A DNA stretch of 64,000 nt, taken from NCBI GenBank assembly GCA_965240325.2, contig OZ251243.1, forward strand, positions 806,001 through 870,000. Reading direction: 5' to 3'. This document shows, piece after piece, positions 47,979 through 57,800 of this stretch; within the stretch, counting starts at the first letter, position 1, and each line of letters opens with the position of its first letter. The position numbers and the translations under genes were made by a program. The stretch is from Rebecca billardiae RCC1528 (taxonomy: Eukaryota > Protista > Haptophyta). Below the pieces are notes generated by a model. That model did no database searches. It was not told the origin of the DNA and saw only the letters and a list, made by a program, of their open reading frames with translations.

Positions 47979-48864
47979 GCGATCCGTGCCTACGGGACTC
48001 TGCGCCGGAGTCCGCACGGACTCTGCGCCGGGCGCGGCTCACCGCTCCAGCGGGCTGGCGCACTCATTGGACGCCAGCCCTTGCGCGGTGCCAGCAGTGC
48101 GACCGCGGTCGTCGCCTGTCGGCTCAGACGGCAGTGCCGGCCAGCTCCGCCTGATCCGCGTGGTCATGGCCGAGGCGCGGCGCGGGCCCGCCGTGCACCC
48201 GATCAGTCTCTCGCAGGCTCCGCGCTACGCGGACCGTGTCCGAGCCGCACGGTGCTGGCAGCTGCCCGGCGCGAGAGTCCCGGCCGTCCGGACAGTCCGA
48301 CTCCCGTCGCGGACCCGTCGCCGGTTTGATTCGCAGTCGGACCGGTCGAGTGACGTGCTGGCTGCGGGTCGGTGCAGCCGGTTTCACTGACGAGTCTGGC
48401 CGCTGACGCTGTTCATGTGACGCGAGCCCGCGTGGCCGTGCTCGGGGCTCATGGATAGCGGCCCGTTCCGGCTGGCCTAGCCAGCGGCTTGGGCATCGAC
48501 TTAAAGCGACTTATTCGTGTGATCGTGCTCGCGCCCGTTGCAACCGCTCCGGGGACCAGACCCGGACCGGGATTCGAGAACCTGTGGCGAAGAGTGCAGC
48601 TTTGAATTCCTCATAGATAGGCTTCAAGGTAATACAAATGCGCCGATTAAAATGATGCTGTGCAAACGCCGAGTACCATTAATCATCCAATTGGTCACAT
48701 TATAAGCGGGTACAACGTACCCGCTGGTAAGGAGGGGGCCCAATGGAGACACCTCATGTCGACTTATTGGTAGTCGTCGACACACGACGAAAGATACGCA
48801 AGCTTGCCCGGCCTCCTGACAAAGGTAACGTGCGATCGAGAGCGCAGAGTGGTGGCTCCCCAGG

Positions 48865-51800
48865 ATGGGGAAGCGCGCGTCGCGGACACGCGTGGGTGAC
48901 GCCGCGCGCGGCGGCAGCCACGCACAAGGCTGGTCGGGTAGGAGACGAGGACAACCGTCTCTCCTCGCCGCCTGCGTGCTCGCTGTGCTCTGCGCGGGCC
49001 TTCCTGCCGCGGCTCAGGACCCGTCGCCGCCGCCGAGCCCGCCGCCGAGCCCGCCGCCGAGCCCGCCGCCGAGCCCGCCGCCGAGCCCGCCACCGTCGCC
49101 ACCACCGCCAAGCCCGCCTCCGAGCCCGCCGCCGAGCCCTCCGCCGAGCCCGCCTCCGAGCCCGCCGCCGAGCCCGCCACCTTCGCCACCACCGCCGAGC
49201 CCGCCGCCGAGCCCGCCGCCGAGCCCACCGCCGAGCCCGCCGCCGAGCCCGCCGCCGAGCCCGCCGCCGAGCCCGCCACCGAGCCCGCCGCCGAGCCCGC
49301 CGCCAAGTCCGCCGCCGAGCCCGCCGCCGAGCCCGCCACCGAGCCCGCCGCCAAGCCCGCCACCGAGCCCGCCACCGAGCCCGCCGCCCTCGCCACCACC
49401 GCCGAGCCCGCCGCCGAGCCCGCCGCCCTCGCCGCCACCGAGCCCGCCGCCGAGCCCGCCACCGAGCCCGCCGCCGAGTCCACCACCGTCGCCACCACCG
49501 CCGAGCCCGCCACCGAGCCCGCCGCCCTCGCCGCCACCCTCGCCGCCGCCGAGCCCGCCGCCATCGCCGCCGCCATCGCCGCCGCCGAGTCCGCCGCCAT
49601 CGCCACCACCGAGCCCGCCGCCCAGCCCGCCACCCAGTCCGCCGCCCAGCCCGCCGCCGCCGAGCCCACCGCCAAGCCCACCGCCGAGCCCACCGCCGAG
49701 CCCACCGCCACCCTCGCCCCCGCCATCGCCGCCGCCGTCGCCGCCCCCGAGCCCTCCGCCGCCGTCACCTCCACCTTCGCCGCCGCCAAGTCCGCCGCCG
49801 AGCCCGCCGCCAAGCCCGCCGCCGAGCCCGCCGCCCAGCCCACCGCCGTCCCCGCCACCGCCAAGCCCTCCACCATCGCCTCCACCGAGCCCGCCGCCGA
49901 GCCCACCGCCGAGCCCGCCGCCCTCGCCACCACCAAGCCCGCCGCCGAGCCCGCCGCCCTCGCCGCCGCCGAGCCCGCCGCCGAGCCCGCCGCCGAGCCC
50001 GCCGCCGAGCCCGCCGCCGAGCCCGCCGCCGAGCCCGCCACCGCCAAGCCCGCCACCGAGCCCGCCGCCATCGCCGCCACCCTCGCCGCCACCGAGCCCT
50101 CCGCCGCCCTCACCGCCACCCTCACCGCCGCCGAGCCCGCCGCCGAGCCCGCCACCGTCGCCACCGCCGAGCCCGCCGCCCAGCCCCCCTCCCTCGCCAC
50201 CGCCCAGCCCCCCTCCCTCGCCACCGCCTAGCCCGCCGCCGAGCCCCCCGCCGAGCCCGCCGCCACCCTCGCCCCCGCCCTCGCCCCCGCCATCGCCGCC
50301 ACCGTCACCGCCGCCCAGTCCCCCTCCCTCGCCACCGCCCAGCCCGCCGCCGAGCCCGCCGCCATCACCGCCGCCGAGCCCGCCGCCGAGCCCGCCACCG
50401 AGCCCGCCACCGTCACCACCGCCAAGCCCTCCGCCGAGCCCGCCGCCATCACCACCACCACCGAGCCCACCGCCCAGCCCGCCGCCGAGCCCGCCGCCAT
50501 CACCGCCGCCGAGCCCGCCGCCGAGCCCGCCGCCGTCGCCACCACCGAGCCCGCCGCCGTCGCCTCCGCCGAGCCCGCCGCCGAGCCCACCGCCTAGCCC
50601 GCCACCGTCACCACCGCCAAGCCCGCCGCCGAGCCCACCGCCATCACCGCCGCCGCCCAGCCCGCCGCCCAGCCCGCCGCCCAGCCCGCCACCCAGCCCG
50701 CCGCCAAGCCCGCCGCCCAGCCCGCCTCCGTCGCCACCGCCATCACCGCCGCCCAGCCCACCGCCGAGCCCGCCGCCGAGCCCGCCGCCCAGCCCGCCAC
50801 CGTCACCACCGCCAAGCCCGCCACCGAGCCCGCCGCCATCACCGCCGCCGCCCAGCCCGCCGCCCAGCCCGCCGCCGAGCCCGCCACCCAGCCCGCCTCC
50901 GAGCCCGCCGCCCAGCCCGCCTCCGTCGCCACCGCCATCGCCGCCGCCCAGCCCACCGCCGAGCCCGCCGCCGCGCCCGCCGCCGTCGCCGCCGCCCAGC
51001 CCGCCGCCCAGCCCACCACCCAGCCCGCCGCCCAGCCCGCCGCCCAGCCCACCTCCATCGCCGCCGCCCTCACCACCGCCCAGCCCACCGCCCAGCCCAC
51101 CGCCCAGCCCGCCGCCGAGCCCACCCCCATCACCGCCGCCATCGCCACCGCCGAGCCCGCCACCGAGCCCGCCGCCCAGCCCGCCGCCCAGCCCGCCGCC
51201 GAGCCCGCCGCCGAGTCCGCCGCCCTCGCCGCCGCCATCACCGCCGCCGAGCCCGCCGCCATCGCCACCACCGAGCCCACCGCCGAGCCCTCCGCCATCG
51301 CCGCCACCTTCACCGCCACCCTCGCCGCCGCCCTCGCCGCCGCCCTCTCCGCCGCCGAGCCCTCCGCCAAGCCCGCCGCCATCGCCACCGCCATCACCGC
51401 CGCCGAGCCCGCCGCCATCGCCACCACCGAGCCCGCCGCCATCGCCACCGCCGAGCCCGCCGCCGAGCCCGCCGCCGAGCCCGCCGCCGAGCCCGCCGCC
51501 GAGCCCGCCGCCGAGCCCGCCGCCGAGCCCGCCGCCGTCGCCGCCGCCGAGCCCGCCGCCCAGCCCGCCGCCCAGCCCGCCGCCGAGCCCGCCGCCGAGC
51601 CCACCGCCCTCGCCGCCGCCATCACCGCCGCCGAGCCCGCCGCCATCGCCACCGCCGAGCCCGCCGCCATCGCCACCGCCGAGCCCGCCGCCGAGCCCGC
51701 CGCCGAGCCCGCCGCCGAGCCCGCCGCCGAGCCCGCCGCCGAGCCCGCCGCCGAGCCCGCCGCCGTCGCCGCCGCCGAGCCCGCCGCCGAGCCCGCCGCC

Positions 51801-54800
51801 AAGCCCGCCGCCAAGCCCGCCACCGAGCCCGCCACCGTCGCCACCGCCGTCTCCACCACCGAGCCCGCCGCCCTCGCCGCCGCCAAGCCCGCCGCCAAGC
51901 CCGCCACCGAGCCCGCCCCCGTCGCCGCCGCCCTCGCCGCCGCCCTCGCCGCCGCCCGCGCCGCCGCCGAGCCCGCCGCCCTCGCCCCCGCCTTCGCCGC
52001 CGCCCAGCCCGCCGCCCAGCCCGCCGCCGAGCCCGCCGCCCAGCCCACCTCCGTCGCCACCGCCGTCACCACCGCCCAGCCCACCGCCCAGCCCGCCGCC
52101 GAGCCCGCCGCCGTCGCCGCCGCCCAGCCCGCCGCCCAGCCCGCCGCCCAGCCCGCCGCCCAGCCCGCCGCCCAGCCCACCTCCATCGCCGCCGCCCAGC
52201 CCGCCGCCCAGCCCGCCGCCCAGCCCACCGCCCAGCCCGCCGCCGAGCCCACCCCCATCACCGCCGCCATCGCCACCGCCGAGTCCGCCGCCCAGCCCGC
52301 CGCCCAGCCCACCGCCGTCGCCGCCGCCGTCGCCGCCGCCGTCGCCGCCGCCGTCGCCGCCGCCAAGCCCGCCACCGTCGCCGCCGCCCAGCCCGCCGCC
52401 GAGCCCGCCGCCGAGCCCGCCGCCCTCGCCCCCGCCGCTGCCGCCGCCCTCGCCGCCGAGCCCGCCCTCGCCGCCGCCGCTGCCGCCGCCGCCCTCGTGC
52501 TTCGAACTGGGCGGCATCACAGACTTCAACAACCTCACCTACTCGGACGCGCTCGGCGGCTGGAACGGCTGGCAGAACGACCCTGACGGCGACTTCGACT
52601 GGGTGCGCAACATCGGCGAGACGCCGACGGCGGGCACCGGCCCGACTGCGCCGGCCGCGTCGAGTGACACGCTCTCGGGCGGCTCGGGCGGCCACTACAT
52701 CTACGCGGAGGCGACGGGGCAGCAGGTGGACGCTAACGCCATCCTCGTCACGTGCCAGCTCGTGCCCCTTGACACGACCCTCTTCTTTCTGTACCACGCG
52801 TACGGCGCGGACATGGGGATCCTGGACGTGGAGTTTCAGGTGCTCGACTTCCAGGCGGGGGTGGTCGACGCGCCGTGGAGCTTCGCCGGCCGCATCTCCA
52901 ACGTCGACCAGAACGCGTGGAAGGAGGGGCAGGTCGAGATCCAACAGCCGGTCGGCACGCGCGGCTTTGTGCGGCTGCGGTTCTCGCGCGGCATCTCCGA
53001 GCTCAGCGACTTTGCGATCGACGACATTGTGCTCACGCGCTTCCGGCCGCCGCCGCCGCCGAGCGCGCCGCCGCCGCCGCCGAGCGCGCCGCCGAGCCCG
53101 CCCACCGAGCAGGAGGCGACGCTCTTCACCACGATCCAATTCACGCGCGCCGCGAGTGACTCGGACGAGCGGCTGCGCGCCGCGCTCGAGTCGAGCGTCG
53201 AGCTCGCCATCGAGCTGCCTGGCGAGCAGTACCGCGGGATCGGGCTGGTGCGCGCGCTCGCGCCGCTCAACCTGCCCAACGCGAGCAGCGCGCCGAGCTC
53301 GCCCGTCGAGCTCGTCTTCCTCATCTTCGGCACGCTCAGCCTGGAGGCCCAGGGCTACGACGCGAACGCCAAGGCGGCCAACGTGACGGTGGGTTCGCTG
53401 CAGGCGGCCATAGACCGGACCGTCGCGCTGAGCGGGCAGGGCAACCTGACGGGGATCGTGACGGTGCTGAGCGTCGACTCGGTCTCGTCGGTCGAGAAGA
53501 TCTTCCCGCCGCCCTCGCCCGCGCCGCCGCCCGCGCCGCCCTCGCCGCCGCCGCGCACCGCCACCGTGGCCGACTCGGCCGCGCTGAGCTCCGAGATCTC
53601 GGTCGTCCCAGACGGCGGCGAGATTATCCTGGCCGAGGGCTCCTTCGACCTGAGCGAGGAGCTGGTGATCTCGGGCAAGCGAGACGTGGTGATCCGCGGG
53701 CAGGGCAACCTGACGGTGCTCAACGCGGGCGCGAGCGGCCGCCGGCTGATCGTCGCGAGCAACGTGCGGATGGTGCTGAGCAACATCACGCTGATGGCGG
53801 GCGGCGGCAACGGCACCGGCGCGGCCGGCGGCGCGCTGGACCTCAGCGGCGACGACACCGACGTTGAAGTGCGCGGCTGCACCTTCTCCTCGAACGGCGG
53901 CGCCGCCGTGAGCGTGAGCGGCCGGGGCAAGGTGAGGCTCGACGGCTGCACGTTCTCGGGCAACACCGGCGCGGCCACTGGCGCGGTCGGGCGGAGAAGA
54001 CGGCTCGCGACCGGCGCGGGCGCGGGCGCGGGCGTGCTCGTACGCGCGGGCGCCACCGTGACCATCGTCTCGTCGTCGTTCGTCAACAACTCGGCGGAGT
54101 TTGGCGCGGTGTACGCGGACTCTGGCTCGCAGCTCACGGTGCGGACGTCGAGCTTCGAGCGCGCCTCGCTCGGCGCGACGCAGGGCGGCGCGATCTGGGT
54201 GTCGGGCGCGACGCTCAACCTGGTAAGCAGCTCGTTTGTCAACAACGCCGCCTCCGAGTCGGGCGGCGCCGTGTACGCGGAGGCGAACAGCGTCGTGAGC
54301 GTGCGCAAGTGCACGTTCGAGGGCGGGCGCGACGTGGTCTCGGACGGGACGACGGCAGCCTCGTTCGACGGCGGCTCGATCGCCGTGACCGACTCGACGC
54401 TCGACGTGGTCGACTCGTCGTTCTCCAAGTCGACCGTCTCGCTCGTCGGCGGCTCGGGCGGCGCCATCTTTGCTCTGTCATCCAACGTGCGCATCACGGG
54501 CACCACCTTCTCCGGCTCTGTCGCGTCGAACGGCGGCGCGGTGTACTTCTACTCGCTGGACACGACGACGCGGCTGCTGCTCGGCGACAACAGCCTGCAG
54601 GGCAACTCGGCGCTCATCTGCGCCGGCATCAAGTTCGAGGCGGCGGACCGCGAGCTGATGCTCACCTGCGCCGAGAACACGTGCGGTGACGAGGTCGCGC
54701 TCGAGGCGACCAACCTGTGCAACGACGCCGACACGTCGGTCGTGTGCCCGCTGTACGACCTGACGGGGGTCACGCCGAGCACGGGCGCGAGCGTGCTCGG

Positions 54801-57800
54801 CGGCGAGCCGCTCAACGTGACGGGGTGCGGCTTCACCTCGTTCACGGGCGCGGCGCTCCTGCAGTTCGACTCGACGGCGGACGAGTTCGACGCGACGCAG
54901 CCGGTCACCGTGCTCAGCGCGACGCGCGCGCTCGTCACCTCACCTGAGGGCGTGGGCACAGCCTCGCTCTCGCTCTCGATCGGAGGCGAGGTCGCGCCGT
55001 CGAGCGTGAGCCTCCAGTACGAGGCGAACGTGCGCTGCCTGCCGGGCGAGGAGCCGAACGCCGCCTTCGACGCGTGCGAGCCGTGCCTCGACGGCTGGTA
55101 CAAGCCAGCGGCGGGCAACGTCGCGTGCACGCAGTGCTCGGAGGGCGACAACGACATCGACCTGTTCACGCGCAAGACGGGCGCAACCTCGCGCGACGAC
55201 TGCGTGTGCGGCGACACGGACGACGACGGCTTCGACAACCCGCCGCGCTCGGCGGGCGGCAGCCTCTCGTGCTTCTGCCCCGCCGGCTCGGAGTACTCCT
55301 CCGCTGGGCGCAACTGCGTCCCCTGCTCGGTCGGCTTCTACAAGTCGGAGTCAGCCGACAAGGACCGCAAGTGCATCTCGTGCGAAGACGATGACCCCAA
55401 CCTGACGACGGAGCTGACGGGCTCCAACTCGTTCGAGCAGTGCGTGTGCGACGCGGGCTTCTTCCTGCGCGAGGGCGAGGACGCCGACGGCACCGCCGTC
55501 AAGTCGTGCTACCCGTGCGATTCCACCTCGACCGACGGGTGCCCGCAGGAGAGCGTCACCATCCAGACGCTCAACCTGCGCTCCGGCCACTGGCGCGCGC
55601 GCGACGAGACAGCCGACATCCGCACGTGCCCGGTCGAGGCGGCGTGCCAGGGCGGCTCGTCGAGCAGCGCGTACTGCGCGCCGCACCACGTCGGCCCGTA
55701 CTGCTCCGTGTGCGAGGAGGGGCACCACGTCGGCGCGAACGGCCTGTGCACGGCGTGCGACTCGGGCGAGCTGCGGCGCGCGGGCTTCATCGCGCTTGGC
55801 GTCGTGCTCGGCGTGGCGGTGGCGGCGGCGCTGGTCGTGCTGCGCGTGCGCACGCTGCGCAACGCGGGCAGGTACCGCATCCCCGCGTCGCTGCTCATCA
55901 CGATGCGCGTGACGGGCCGCTCGCTCCTCGCCTTCCTGCAGATCCTCCTGCTGATTGAGCGCGCGTACGGGGTCACGCTCCCAAACGCGTTCAAAAATTT
56001 CGTCCTCAACCTGCGCTTCCTGCAGCTCGACTCGCTGTACGTGTACGGCCTCTCGTGCGTGGGCGCGGACTACTACTTCAACATGTACATGCTCTCGCTG
56101 CTGCCCGCCGCCGTGTGCGCGCTCGCGACGCTGCGCGCGCTGCTGCTCTACGCGCTCCTCGGCCGCAAGATCACGATCGAGGCGATTGGCACGCCGACGC
56201 TGCTCGTCGCGTACGTCGCGCTGCCCACGGCGATCACGACGATCTACTCCTTCTTCAACTTTGAGTTTGTGGACGCGGAGGCGGCGGAGCGCACGCTGTA
56301 CCTGCGCGTGGACTACTCGCTCCGCTTCGGCTCGGAGCTGCACGACTTCCACATGCCCTTCGCCATCATCTTCATGGTGGTGTACACCGTGCTTCTGCCC
56401 GCCACCCTCTACCATGTACTTGTGCAGCCGGGAGGCATCACGCTTCGCTTCCTCGCGATTGGCTACCGCGAGCCGGTGGGCTGGTGGGAGTCGATCGAGG
56501 TGGTGCGGCAGGTGCTGCTCGCGGGCGTCGCGGTGATCGTCGGGCTGGTGATCCGCCTCTCCCTCGAGCAGCGCTTCCCGCAGATCTCGCCTCAAGACGT
56601 CGGCATCTACGTCTCGGCCATCCAGCTATTGTTTGCCATCCTCGTGCAGATGCTGTTCACGATCCTCACCGCGACGGTGAAGCCGCTCGAGGCGAACGCG
56701 AACCACCTGGTGTCGCTGCTCGCGCACACGGCGCTCGCGCTGATCCTCGTCTTCACGCTGGTGCACCACCTGATGCGCCGCATCGCGCTCGCCTCGATCC
56801 ACCCGTTCGACGTGGAGCTGGGCATCGGCATGATTGTCGTCACGATCTGCGTGCTCTTCGTGGGCATCCCGGCGCTGCTGCGCGAGGCGCAGCGCGAGCG
56901 CAACAAGCTGGTGCTGCGGGACGCGCAGGACAACCAGCGAATCCGCGCGCGCCCGCTCGCGGCGAGCGGCGAGCGCTTCCACGCGTTCATCAGCCACGGT
57001 GCGCGCCGCGCGGCCGCGCGGCCGCGCGCCGCGCGCTGGCCGCGCGCTCGCTGGTCGCTCGCGCGCGCGGCCGGCGCCGCGTCCGCGCGCTGCTGCCCGC
57101 CTGCTCACCACGCCGCCGCCGCCGCCGCCGCGCCCCTCCGCCCGCGCCCCCCCCCCGCAGTCTGGTCGACGGGCCAGGACCAGTCGCGCTCGCTCAAGGC
57201 GCAGCTGATGGCGGCCGTCCCCGGCATCGATGTCTTCCTTGACGTGGACAACCTGACCGATATCGGCTCCCTGGAGAGCCTCGTGACCGAGACGCAGTGC
57301 GTGATCTTCTTCCTCTCGCGGGGCTTCTTCCGCTCGCGCAACTGCCGGCGCGAGGTGCTCGCGGCCTTCGCGGCGAAGAAGCCGTGCATCATCGTCACCG
57401 AGACCTCCGCGATCCACGGCGGCGCGACGCTCGCCGCGATGCGCGCCGAGTGTGAGTCGTGTGGGGACCCGCGCGTGAGTGTTCTGGCGGAGCACTTCTT
57501 CGGCGGCTCGCGCGACGCGCTGCGCAACGCGCGCACGCGCGACGAGGCGCCGGAGGAGGCGCCCGTCTCGCACTCGATCCGGTGGTACCGCGAGGCCGCG
57601 CACCTGCGCATCACCGTGCTCGAGGTTTGCGAGCAGCTCCGCGCGGCGGGCGTGTTGCTGCCTCCGCCAGAGGACCTGACCAACCCGTACTCGCTCAAGT
57701 TTGGGTGGAATGCGCTGCGCGACCGCACGGCGGTCGCGGCGCTGCGCGAGGGGCAGGTGCCCGTGCTGCTGCGCAGGCACGGCGCGCTCGTCGTGCAGTA

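Noticed and set aside
48743-53386. Giant alternative-frame and antisense ORFs (1547-aa Arg-rich; 1174-aa GGGL at 49014-52538)
   Set aside because: They are by-products of the stop-free 12-bp SPPP repeat. Only the SPPP frame has a signal peptide and continues into real domains.
55780-56880. Classical 7TM GPCR call for the giant receptor
   Set aside because: About nine hydrophobic segments are present and no GPCR or GPS signature is recognisable, so it is left as an unassigned multi-TM module.
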